Position numbers and translations under genes: made by a program. A stretch of 59,488 bases of DNA, counting the filler, from Sphacelaria rigidula (taxonomy: Eukaryota), in assembly GCA_964200075.2 (NCBI GenBank). It is 10 parts of 10 records of this genome, joined end to end, with 100 filler letters (N's around TTAATTAATTAA, not from the genome) between each part and the next. Parts side by side here need not be neighbours in the genome. Positions count along the whole stretch, not along the records: positions 23,837 to 29,695 come from CAXNAA020023922.1; positions 29,796 to 35,654 come from CAXNAA020023923.1; positions 35,755 to 41,613 come from CAXNAA020023924.1; 7 more parts are not named here. The stretch is one strand, 5' to 3'. Shown one piece after another: positions 24,346 through 36,419 of this stretch (positions are counted from its first letter, which is position 1; each line of letters starts with the position of its first letter). The notes beneath the pieces were generated by a model that was not told the DNA's origin, searched no databases, and was given only the letters and a program-made list of their open reading frames with translations.

Positions 24346-25018
24346 CTGATGCGGGAAGCTAGTGTATACGCAGTGTGTGTATGGGGGGGGGGATGATGAG
24401 ATGCCTTGATTCAGTCGATTCGGGGGCTGATCGGATTGGTTGTCGTACATAACCTGATCGTTTTCCATCAATACAGCCGGGGTCAAACAAGAGAGACGTA
24501 TCTACTTTTTGTCGAGGGAAGCAAGAATGCGAAACATTCGCCGCAGCAAAGTCGGCAAAGGGGGGCAAGGCGGGAGAAGGAAGGAAAAGAAAACACGGAG
24601 GGAAAACGGGGAGAAGAGAGAGAAGGGTAGGGAAATCAAAGGGAACGACAAAATGCCAGGCTAAAATGACGTAAAGTGCCAGGAGATACCATGGTGCCAA
24701 CTTACCAAGCTCCCACGTGGGCAAACTCACACAGACCTAGCTATCCTTCCTTGACTTATCACAAGTAGATTCATTCATGTTCAGACTCTTGATAAGGACC
24801 CCGAGAACAAAAATCTTGAAGGCTAAACGAGAGCTCGAGCTCAAGACTGACGTGACTTTGGACAAAAACATGGGGATCCAACAATTTGTAAAGTACAGCC
24901 ACAGCACGTACAGATGTTCGCGCTCGAAGCTGGTGTAGAAAGGGCTGTCTTTTGTTTTGGCAGCAACTATTATCTTGTTATTTTCCCCCCTCCCTTTCCT
25001 TGCTTTTTTTTTGCTTCT

Positions 25019-25070
25019 TTTCGTTTCGTTTCGTTTCGTTTCGTTTCGTTTCGTTTCGTTTCGTTTCGTT
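25019..25070. repeat. (TTTCG)n microsatellite
   Basis: Direct reading. Confidence 0.95.
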
Positions 25071-25312
25071 CTGTTTTTTTTTTTCCCTCGTCTTTTTTTT
25101 TCCTACTTCCTTCTTCTCCATTTTTTCTGCAGTGCTGTCCTCAGTGTTCCTTTGCTTTACTTACTAAAAACATAGGGATTTTTTTCGCAGGCGAGTCGTC
25201 ATCTTCACCGCAGAGCCACAGTACACACAACTTGCGAGTTCAATGGTCTTCAAACAAGAGTTTTTTTCAGGGGGCAAAGATACGCGAAGGGAAAAGTACC
25301 AGCTTCCCTCGC

Positions 25313-25419
25313 CTCTTTTCCTGGCCATCTTGGGACAGGGTGGCGCACATCGGTAGCGCCGAAAAGCATACGAGAAAGTTCTCGTACGTCTCCAGGCCGT
25401 ACTTAGCGCAACATTCCTT
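25313..25419 (-). CDS. PPP phosphatase exon KECCAKYGLETYENFLVCFSALPMCATLSQDGQEK
   Basis: EC..KY...Y..F...F..LP..A segment that lies between GNHE and HGG; GAGCAG acceptor; AG|GCGAGG donor. Confidence 0.8.
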
Positions 25420-26889
25420 CTGCTCGGATCCAAACAACGACCGAGTGCACGGAATTAAAATGAGCAGGCTTGGTTGCTTGTATATACATCGTTCTCAGAA
25501 GTACAAAAACACGTACATTTGGGGGGGGGGAGACGGGAAAGCGATTGTGTGTCGAATTCAAGAGGCACCGTTCAACTCGTAAGCATACAAAATAACGCGT
25601 AATTACCCAACGAAAATCCATTCATTTGCGCAGCAAAGTAACGCTGAATCGTAGTTTATTTCTTCACTGAAGCCGAATCGCGTGAAACGGTGCCTGCAGC
25701 TGAACGGCTCCTGCGGGAGTCCGCCGCGGGCCCAAGGTACGGGCCGGAGAGATCCAGCGTACTGGCTGCCGGAGTAGCCACTACAGTAGATAGCATATGG
25801 AGTGGCTGCACCAGATCAACCTCTACTTCACCGATATTTTTTCGCAGGCGATTCGTCATTTTCACGGCAGAACCACAGAACGTACAACTTGTTAGCGCAA
25901 CTGTCTTCAAACAAGAGCTTTTTCAGAGAGAAAAAAATATTCGAAACAAAATCACGTGCTTCACTCGCCTCTTCTCCTGGCCCTCTTGAGCAGTAGAGTT
26001 AACCGGCGTTGGGCTACAAGTGTTCATGGTTGATAATTACCTGATTCGAGTGTGTGCGACGAGAATCGGATCTTTGGTAGGGCTGACAGCCCCGTGTGCT
26101 CCTCGCGTGCGCGGAACGCATTTTTGTTGAATTGGTTTGGGGTCTACCAAGGCCGCACGTTGCCTAGTGATAGAGGTAAAGTAAATTTATAGTCGTATTT
26201 GAACTAAAGTAAATTTAATTAATAGTGGTTTTATATTGCTGGAATCATATGTTATTCACATTTTTTTTAAGATATTAGTTTTTATTCGAGAAAACATATA
26301 AATAAATTTATGACACCATCGTCAACATTTTTTAAAATCTAGTTTAGTTGACGGTGGTTCAATTGTTGTTTTGCCAATCAGTTTAGCATTATTTTTTGGT
26401 CTCCAGGCCGTACTTGGCGCAACATCCCTTTTGCTCGAATCCAAATGCTGAGAACCGCAAAAATCTCAATATCAATTGCAAATGTTGCCACACCATACTA
26501 CCAGCTGTTGGTGAAAAACATTACACGTGTGGAGAATCAAGACGTGAAATACAAAGCCGACAGGATGACGACGATACTCAGAAGTAAATCTATTTTACCT
26601 TACCGTACTCGACGTTTCGAGGTTAATAACTGTTTTAAATCGATTCAGCGTACACGTATATACCGTCTTTTATCATTGTTGCGGAAAAGAACTGAGGAAA
26701 GAAACGAGATGGCATGACAACTTTAATAGTAGGGGAAGGGGCCGAATGATTCACCCATGTAATCTATGCACGCAGCGATTGCGTTGAAAAAAACAAGAAA
26801 CACACACACACAAATAGAAAGTGAGCAAAAACGTGGAACTCGGAAAATAAAAATCACCGGATGTCAAAATAGAAAAAACATGAACCCAC

Positions 26890-27057
26890 CTCAAAACCGC
26901 ACGCGGCCGTCTGGTTGGTCGTCTCGTGATTGCCTCGAATAAGGAACATATTCGAAGGGAAGGACACCTTGAGGGACAGAAAGTACAATGCTACTTCGCA
27001 GGAAAACCGTCCCCTGTCCACGTAGTCCCCCAAAAACAGATACTGCCGAGATGGCGG
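26890..27057 (-). CDS. PPP phosphatase exon PPSRQYLFLGDYVDRG...LIRGNHE...CGFE
   Basis: GDYVDRG and RGNHE signatures; canonical AG/GT; 168 nt in phase 0. Confidence 0.92.
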
Positions 27058-27426
27058 CTGCAGAAAATGACGATACGGTTGTGCGAAGCAGAGCAAACAG
27101 CGCAGAAAAAAATGGCTCATCCTTTTTCGCGTAAGGAATATTATCCGTGGTTTTTAGTGGAGGAAGGCGAGAGGTTTTCATCCTCCTTTTCCTGCCTCGA
27201 GATCACATGGGTCAGTAATAGATTATGACTATTTTCGCGACGTGTTAAGGGCTACTGTAGCATGTGTAGTTTTCAAAGTAGACGTCCCGAAATGGCATTC
27301 CGTTCCAATAAAATAATACAGGCAAGAGACACTGAAATATTTCTGTTTCTTTGCTGGCCCGGAAGACTAGAAGATTGGATTCCGCTGCCCACCACGGTGG
27401 CTCGGAAGCCGTACCAAGAAACACAC

Positions 27427-27558
27427 CTGTCCGTAGGTCTTCAAGATATTCAGAAGATCGAAGAACTGCTCGTGCAAGTCTCCGACAACGACCGTTTCGC
27501 TTTTGAGCTCGAGGATGTTGTCCTCGGCGTCGAGCTTCGACGTTGCCTGTCGCAAAAC
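27427..27558 (-). CDS. PPP phosphatase exon VLRQATSKLDAEDNILELKSETVVVGDLHEQFFDLLNILKTYGQ
   Basis: GDxH motif (GDLHEQ instead of GDxHGQ); CAG|GTGTGT donor; inferred acceptor reads CG, not AG. Confidence 0.85.
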
Positions 27559-28343
27559 CGCATCACACCACACACAATTGAGTGAGCGCGACCATACGGG
27601 TGAGAAAACAAACGTGTGCACGCAGCACCCCGGTGTTCACGGTGGTACAGTACATGATGGATGGACCAGCTTGGGCTGGAGTGTAGTGAGTTGGAACTCC
27701 TGCAGTAGTGTTGTACTGGCTTCCACCGCGAAAAGCGTGAAAACGTGAGCGAGCAAAAGTTGAGCCAGAATGTAAACGGGCTGCGGGAGTGCATAGTCAT
27801 CATCCAGTGTTCGATGCCAAAATGGCAGGCATTTGCCGGGGGGGGGGGGATTAGCTGATCCTTGGTACTGTATGTATACTATAAACCCGTCGAAGGGTAG
27901 GGATCAAACGTATTACAGAGTATGTAGATATAGATATAGATGTCTGCATGGCGGAAGACATGCATGGAACTTCGACAGACGTAGAGGGCAGCCTAAATCG
28001 GCATCAGGTGGAGTTCCTCAAGACAGGGAGCAGGTGACATATGCTCAGCCTACGGGGACAATACCTCATCTGCCACAAACTGCCTCTGATAAGTTACCGC
28101 ACAAAACACATATACTGTTATTCGTATGTGCATCGTTAAGAACACTGAGAACAATCACATGGCGTCATGAAACGCACCACCACAGGAAACACTACGTAAT
28201 AGGACGGGTGGATGATCTAGGATCCGGAAAAAGAGTTGATAAACCACGAAATTGAAAAAAACAAAAACGCTGAAGGAACGGCCCGAGGAACCGAAGGAAC
28301 CAAAGGCAAGTTCCAATCGATCCATGCATGCAGTATCGTGTAC

Positions 28344-28526
28344 CTCTCCCGATAGATGCGCCGTCTCTGCCTTTGACAGCACGTCCTGTCGGGTGAACCT
28401 CGTGGCCAGATTGTCGGGGGGGTCAAGGGCGAGATCGCGCAAGGACATGAAACGCTCGTCGGTACCCGCCACCGCAGCCCTCATTCGGACGAAGCCGTTG
28501 AAGACCGCCATGGTCGAGGGAGTCAC
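28344..28526 (-). CDS. Probable upstream exon of the phosphatase, resembling the calcineurin A N-terminal segment
   Basis: GGCAG acceptor, GAG|GTACAC donor, 183 nt in phase 0. TDERF...PP...RFTRQDVL loosely echoes calcineurin T.R....PP..RLT..EVF. Confidence 0.55.
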
Positions 28527-30100
28527 CTGCCATTTGTTGACGAGTTGATGTTGGTGCGCATATCGAGATACAAGGTCTTACGTGAATGACTCAGTAACTT
28601 CAGTCAAGTCCGTGTCAGATATATTTGATTGATGGTCGCACTTCAACTGATTCCCCCAGGGATCCAGCCGTGATCACATGATGGACGTACCTGAGACAAA
28701 ACAAAACCGAAATACTCGCTGAAGAAAAGGGAGGGAAAAACAGAAGAGGTGTACATTAAAACAGAGCAGCAGAGTAGACGATAAAAAGAAGAAAAAAGAA
28801 TACAAATGGCCGGCCTCTATCACATGGCTTTGATGGAAAAGGTCTTGTGCAGAAAGCACGAGCATGGAAATGTACATGGGCCTTCATGAATGGAGTCACA
28901 ACAAAGCTTCGCACACGAAACGACACTGATTGGAAGTTGTTACTTTGGGGAAAAAAAAAACACACACACACACACACACACATAACACGCATGGAAATGT
29001 GCGGTTTACGTGTATAATGTCGGGAGTTTGTTGTTGAATTCGAATTAAAGAACACACAAAAGACGGCCATTGACGAAAAATAATGGCGCCGCATAGCAAA
29101 AACAAATCACAAGGAACACCAAGCCTCATGCGAGACCGCTCCTGATACAAGTACAAGCTGAATCGACCGATAAAATATGTCAGATGATGAATACTTACCT
29201 TGCACTGCAATTCATGTCCAAGTGAAGCAAATGATGAAATCGTTCTATCCAGGCGCACACGCCAGTTTACGTCCGCATGTATTCGAAGACGGACGTCACA
29301 CATATCCCAGAAGAAAAAAAATGATACAAAAACATTCAAGTCTTGTGTCCACCGGCGATCAAAGCCTCGACCCTCAGCTATAAGGGGCTTCGGTTGTACC
29401 ACTTTCAATGTGCAGCGCCCCCGAGTGATTGCACCCCATGCCACCACATGAGCGATACGTGACCGAAAAACGTACGAGTGAAGATTTTGCAAGTGACAAC
29501 TCCAAAGCAGAGCCGAAAATTACGATGTGATGATTCCGTGTGCTGGTCATATGACTTTGAGACCCGACAGCTTTTCGCGGGGAAGGGCGGGAGGGGGGGA
29601 GCGGGGGGGGGGGGGATACGTACTTTCGTGTGTGTGTTGCGGGGGGGAAGGGCTCATGACTTTGCATGCCGTAGTGGTGAGATCATACACAGTGCNNNNN
29701 NNNNNNNNNNNNNNNNNNNNNNNNNNNNNNNNNNNNNNNTTAATTAATTAANNNNNNNNNNNNNNNNNNNNNNNNNNNNNNNNNNNNNNNNNNNNATCTC
29801 ACACGAGAATGCAATCATCCCCTTGTTCAGTTTTTCGAGAGGTTGTTCGGTGCAAAAATAAAGTCAATCGCGGAAACACGCCATACGACGGGGGACAAAG
29901 ACATCAATTGTGCATAACAATAAAAATGCCGAATCATTAACAGAAACCTCCCCGATGATTCACAAAAAAAAAGACAGGTGGAAAACAAAAGACAGGTGAA
30001 AAAAATGAAAGAGACAGATGGGGAAAAAAAAGACAAAAAAAATCATGTGGTCATGTCGGGATACGAAATCGTGACCTGTGCAATTGGAATCGGATATTTA

Positions 30101-30242
30101 CACGGTTAGGACAAATAATGATTCGTCAGGAAATTACTTGGTTTTAGTATAATAAATTGACTCGTGATGNNNNNNNNNNCAATCAGGCAGAAGAAATCGT
30201 GAATTTGGTGATTTTGAGTCGTGATGATTTGTCCTAACCGTG
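30101..30242. mobile_element. MITE with TIR CACGGTTAGGACAAAT and exact 8-bp TSD GATATTTA (internal N gap)
   Basis: TSD at 30093-30100 and 30243-30250. Confidence 0.88.
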
Positions 30243-30814
30243 GATATTTACCAGTTTGACCACTGGAGCACGGAGGCGCAGCCCTGTCACACAAGAACTG
30301 CTCATCGAGGCCCAATTCGACGAGTGATGGGCTGAAATTTTACAGGAGTGCCCGGGACGCGATTGCCCACCACCTGGTTGAACGTACATTTGTTACTTTC
30401 GATTGAACACGGAATTATGGCGATTTTCCTGTTTTCGTATAAATTTGAAGTCGCTCTAACTTCTTTATTATTCTTTTTTTCAAGTGTACAGACACTCGTC
30501 CTGTCCGGACTGGTGATAAAAATGTTGTGTCAAATTCTCAGCGCCTAACTCTTCGAATTACCGCCCGCCGGTCCTTTCCGCTGTTTCGTTATCCTCACAG
30601 CTGGCCCAGCTCGTAGCAATATTGAAAATCTCGCGTCTTCATCTTTGACGCGGGTACAAATCTCGCATGGCCATCAGTGAGCCGAACAGCAAAATTGAAA
30701 AACTCGCATAAGCTATCTTGAATGGGTTTATGAACTTGAACAAATTGAAGCTGTCGATCAAGCGTGTCATTGAACAAATCTGTGTTTTTCGTTCATGTTC
30801 GTGGTCATAAACAT

Positions 30815-30952
30815 CACACCCTGGACAAGAGATTACATTGCCAAAAAGTGTACCGCGTACAGTATCGGCCATTGCGTCTATTGCAATAGACAATAGATCT
30901 CATACTGTACGCAGTACATTTTTTTACAATGTAATCTTTTGTCCAGGATGTG
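30815..30952. mobile_element. 138-bp hairpin MITE CACACCCTGGAC...GTCCAGGATGTG
   Basis: ~50-bp TIRs; flanks CATAAACAT / CATAACAT are a near-exact TSD. Confidence 0.85.
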
Positions 30953-33821
30953 CATAACATACAGTAAATAGTTGACAAGCTTTGGAGGTCTACATCAAAA
31001 TCATCCGGTCATGCTTGAACTGTTGTGTCGATCACGAGGGTGAACGCTTGTGCACGGGCAAAAATCACATTCGCTGTGAACGTGCTTTTGCGTGTTAATC
31101 AATATAGCCATACGTACTCTACGTGCTCTCAACAAATTATTGAAAAATGTGTATCCGTATCCAGTTAGGCTCCATTTACCCGATAAATTTGTTCGGTTTC
31201 GGCTGGCAAGTTGTGAATGAAGCTGTTACCTTCCGACAAATAGTATACTCGGGGGATGGAGTCGAAGAGTTCAGCTAAAAACCACAACTTGGGTTGTCTA
31301 CATCTACGACTACCCCGTTCTTGACTATTCAGTGTTATTCCTTTTCAATAATATGGAGGCGATATGCTGATCAGATAAATAATCCGAAACGGCAAAATAC
31401 TTCGAGACGGTCACAACTACCTTAATCGCGGAAGACACGGTCCAGGGTGTTGCAGGGACAGAACCAGCAGTACGGGTGGGCCTTACTGCCGCCAGATATT
31501 TTCTCACTGCCCACGCTTCCTGTTTATCCCCGCGGCATTCCGCAGTGTGCCCCCCCTGGCATTTGCTCGGGATAGGTGTACTGCATACAGTATGGAAAAT
31601 GTGGTCGTGATACAAACGGCGTGCGATACTGTAGTTGTATGCAGTACACCTGTTGCGACAGGTTGTTGTCTGACCGGCGGAAACTGCATACTAGAAGCAA
31701 ATGAAAATCGCGTGAAGTCCGCAAAACGCTGATGGCGTGCCTGTCAGGGAAAGGTCAATATCTTCACGTGGAACCAGGATGTGGCAGAGGATCCGGTTGA
31801 TTGTGGTAAAAGAAAGATACAACTACCTCCCGTATCATTCTCACGCCGCCGTGATGATGACACAGGTACGTCTGGCACTGTAGGATAAGAAACGTTGCCC
31901 GCTGCCGGTGCAGGTTCGCAGTGCTCCTCGGCTGCACACTCTCCTCTTTGGCTACTCTGCGTGGCCCCATCTTGCTCGACACGGCGCCTGAACCCCAACG
32001 GCATCAACCTCTAACATATAGAGAACCTTCACTGATAAGCATTTCTCGTGTTGGTGTCAGCCTCGACCGACAGGGGGCCGATTTAGACAACAAGGCTGGC
32101 AAGATATGCCCCTCGCTCTGCACGGGTTTGATAGCATTGCCCTCTAGAACTGTCATTAGAAAGTGTTCTTCTTTCCGGAACAGGTTCAGCATCGTGCAAA
32201 GTCATTGTTTCAGGTCACGCTGCGCTTAAAACGCATTGGGTCGCCGCAACTGCCGCGCCGACACATAGCTTTGGCCTCAATCCACACACACATCAACTTT
32301 CAGCTTCATCAGACGCCAGGTGTGCTGTGTTGGGGCGCCAATTCTCCGAAAACACCGCCTCCATATTATTGAAAAGAAATAACACTGTGTTGTTGTTGGC
32401 TACCTCCTTTCTAAGTGCCCGCTCTATGTCAAATATATTTCAGTTGTTGACGGGATAATGTTGCGTCTGGGGTGATGGGTGACGCGGATGGGGGATACGC
32501 TCTCAGATCAACTGAAAACACTTGGTGCGATTGACACACTTGTTATCCCGACAAAAACCGCTGTTGGGTAAAGGGGTCTTGCTAAGGGCTCATTGTTATC
32601 GACGTGGTTTTTTTTCCTGATTATCTCCGAAATTTCCGGGTAAAATTTCCGGGTAAAATTTCGGACTCTGGGCTCGGTTATCTCCGAAAGTAAAGCGGCT
32701 TGATTCTTTTTCCGAAGCTTCGCGTTTGGAGAAGTCCGAACGATTCGGACCGCAACGCAGGACTTCGGAGAGTTTCTCCATGTGTGTACGCCCTGGCGCT
32801 CGCTATCGATCGAGATTCATCAGGAAGCTTGCTGGTGACAACCGGGGCCATGTCGGCGAGTAGAAGGAGCCGTGGTCCGGCGGGAATAGGATCTTCAGGC
32901 CGGCGACGGCGAGCCTATGATGAGATCAGCACTGCGTCGATAATGAGAGGTCTAACGGCAACAGCAGAACTCGATTAGAACGCCACCCTCTGGGCCGTTT
33001 GGAATTTTCCGAAATTTCAGGACTTCTCTGTTCCAAAAACTCAAAAAAAAAATGGGCTCGACGGGGCGATTTTTCACAGTTTTTCCGAGTTTTTTCCTGA
33101 CAAACAATATCCGCGTTACGACTTCTCCCAAAAACGTGTTGCTGAACAAAATATACGAACCTAGATTTTCGGAGACACCTGGTAGTCAGTCTCCGAGTGA
33201 TCTATTGCCTCACCTGATGGAAAAAAAAAAAACTGCCGTCATATTTTCGCGGAAAATATATATTTTTCTCCCGCTCAATTTGAGGATTTCGGAGGGGAAA
33301 TTAGACCCGTGAATAATACCCCAAAGGAGTACGGCATCTGTGGTTGCGTCGTGCTCGCGAAATTTGAATAGTACAGCGATATGCGAAACAAATGACACGC
33401 ATCTGAGTAGAAAGGTGATGAACCAAAAGTCAGCGTCCGGAGAAATTGTCTGGTTACCTCAGATCTAGGCCAAAAACATTGCCGAACGGGCTAGGGTCCG
33501 AAAAATTAATCCACGAGAGAAAATCGAGTGAAGACGGGCTGAAATCTCGTATTTGTACAAATACAGATTGGTTGCCACACAAGACGGTCTAACTGGACGA
33601 GAAATTGGTGCAACGACAGGATGAGAAACCTGTGAGTGCCAGTAGACAGCTTTTGATCGGAGATTTCGTGCAACTTGTTTCCCCGTAGTTGTTGTTGTTG
33701 CTGTTGCTGCCTTCACATTGAAAAAAACTGTTCCGATATCTGCGCAGTACTCCGTACTGGGCATCTGATGCGGACGCCTTCCGTGGTCACAGCTTAACTA
33801 CCCAAAAAGAGACGTGAGCCC

Positions 33822-34350
33822 GCTCCTTGTGGCAGACAAGAATAAAAATCTAGCATAGTGTATTTTTGGAGTTTGTACATCGTTTTTCGCCCTGAAAGAG
33901 AGCTACGCGGATCGTGACACCTTGGGATGCCTTGCTGTACTCGTTGAAACTGTTCCAGCACACCTGTGCGTTCCTTCCGGTGGACGCAGTTTTTTTCTTG
34001 CCGAACCTTGCATTTTTCTCGGAGACCGTTCATTTTCCTCGGAGACTGGTCAAGTCCAGAAATTTTTCAGAGATTTGTCTGGACTCGACCGGTCTCCAAG
34101 AAAATGAGCAGTCTCTGAGGAAAACGAGCGGTCTCTGAGGAAGATGAGCGGTCTCCGAGAAAAATGCGAGTTTGAGCAAGAAAAACTGCGGCCATCGGAG
34201 AAGGCACAGGTGTGCTGTACCCGTCTCGACGGGTACAGCAAGGCATTCCGAGGTGTCGAAAACGGCCTAGCTCTCTCTTAAAGCGTAAAACGACGTCGAA
34301 GCTCCAAAAAGGCACTTCGCCAGATTTTTATTTTGTGTGCCATAAGGAGC
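33822..34350. mobile_element. Foldback MITE related to 13501-13971
   Basis: GCTCCTTGTGGCA...TGCCATAAGGAGC; shared AAGCTCCAAAAAGGCACTTC.CCAGATTTTTATTTT; internal ~20-bp repeats GAGCGGTCTCYGAG. Confidence 0.85.
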
Positions 34351-35589
34351 GACCTGAGGGGGAAAAAATAGTAGAACCCAGAAAAATTCACACAAACACG
34401 ATACAGAATTACGAGTGAATACTGCTAACCTCATGAGTACCGGTGCCGCAGGCGGCCATTCGGATTACTGGAGGCAGAGCCCAATAACGCTCCCACTCGG
34501 CACGCGACGCCAGACAGAGTTGGAGCCAAACTCAGAAGCCAAAGATTACCAACCATGGGCATAAGAATCGCATGGTTATATACTTGTACCTCTCTACACA
34601 AGCAATATATGAGAAACCATTGTGACTAGTTTCCGTGTGTCAACAACTTGTGGATGAACACGTTACGTAAATACCGCAGTTGGCCGTACTGCAGACAAGT
34701 ATTGTGTAAACGTTTTTATTTGCAACTAGTTTGCCTCTGGACAACCTTCGTTCGAAAATTCGCGCAACCTTGTTGCATGTGGACAACTCTCGGCGGACGT
34801 TTCCCACAACCCGCTATCTGTAATCAATAACCGAATGGGGAATCTGCGCATATGGCCATGCACTGGTGACTACAACAACAGCTCAAACGACAATACCGTC
34901 TTCCCTAGGCCCTGGCCGATCAGGCACGAAGGCGTGCCTCAGGCAAATGTGCCAGGCCCGTCGCAGGCGAACACATGGGGGTCAGGCAAAAACTCAGGCA
35001 TGCCTGACACCAATTTTCATGCCTGACGGTTTCAATCCATGCCTGAGATGTCTTAGTTAATAAGACAGGATGCCTTAGACTTGCCCGAGAGAATCTCCCC
35101 GGTATCCCGAATAATTGGAGTTGGCGTCGTCATAGGCGTGCCTTACTCCCATTCAGTTCTGTAGTATAAGTGGTTGACTGGCGCAAACAAGGCATCTCAA
35201 GGATCAAACACCGTCTCAGGCAACCCCTTTCCAAAAAAGGGCCCCGCAGGCATAAAGTAAGGCACACGTGATCTACGAGGGCCTAGTCTTCCGCTTGTCC
35301 CAACCCTCCCCCCAAAAATATAAAATAAAACGCACCACCCACGTCCAGTAAGTCCAGCTGCCCCTTGGCCAAGAAAACGCAAAACACTCAAAAGCACATC
35401 CCAACTCATTCTAACCATATTATGCAAATACCAAACACCCATCCAATATTATATATATATATATATATATTCTGTACTGCTCGCCGCGACTACATGCACG
35501 AATGACTCTGACGCGCCTCAAATGCTCGACGTCGACCTCTTCAATGCCTGATACAGTCTCTCCGTCAAATAACAAGTATCTGGGATCCC

Positions 35590-35625
<36 letters not shown>

Positions 35626-36419
35626 ACCCCCCCGCCCCCCGCCCCACGAAAAAANNNNNNNNNNNNNNNNNNNNNNNNNNNNNNNNNNNNNNNNNNNNTT
35701 AATTAATTAANNNNNNNNNNNNNNNNNNNNNNNNNNNNNNNNNNNNNNNNNNNNTTTGTGTTCTCCTCGGTGCACCATCAACAACACAACACTCTTGCCC
35801 CCCCCCCCCCCCCCCCCACACACACACGAGGTGCAATGGTCTTACGACTCTGGCATACATGACCATGAGTACACCCCACACACACACAAATTCCCGCCAA
35901 AATCGACAGTTAATGTAGATAGCAGGGAGGGCAATGTCGAGGACTCTGATTCTGATGAGTCGGGCCTCGATGAGGGGGAAATGGTTTTGGGGGAAATAGT
36001 GACGGAGAAGGATGATCCAGGTGTGATGAAGGGCCAGAATCCATGTCCGACGATGGCGACGACATTAGCACAGGGTAGCCGCCGGCATCGTCTGCGTCGT
36101 CTGCTTTGAATTGATCGTCATCATCGACATGCACTCATGAGTCGTCAGGAACGTTATCCGTCGGCAGCGCGGACACCACGAAGTAACCAAATCAGTTGAG
36201 CCGACGCTAGGACGTATAAGGCTGCAGGCATGAATCTTACAGCAACGCCAGGAGCAGTATGTTCCTGACTTTTGCCAGGTGATCATAGTGCGTTGTGGAC
36301 GTATACGGGAGATTTGTGGGCCACGGAATGGATACTAGCTCATCTGGCCGACACAAACGACCCAGGTCAATCAGGAAAGTCCAAATTTGAGACGATTTCG
36401 GACTCGACGCTTGGCGAGA

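Noticed and set aside
24914..25582. 222-aa plus-strand ORF
   Set aside because: Built from (TTTCG)n and T-runs, and antisense to a phosphatase exon.
32585..33322. Possible MITE with TCTCCGA-rich ends
   Set aside because: Inverted similarity is weak and there is no clear TSD or second copy in the window.
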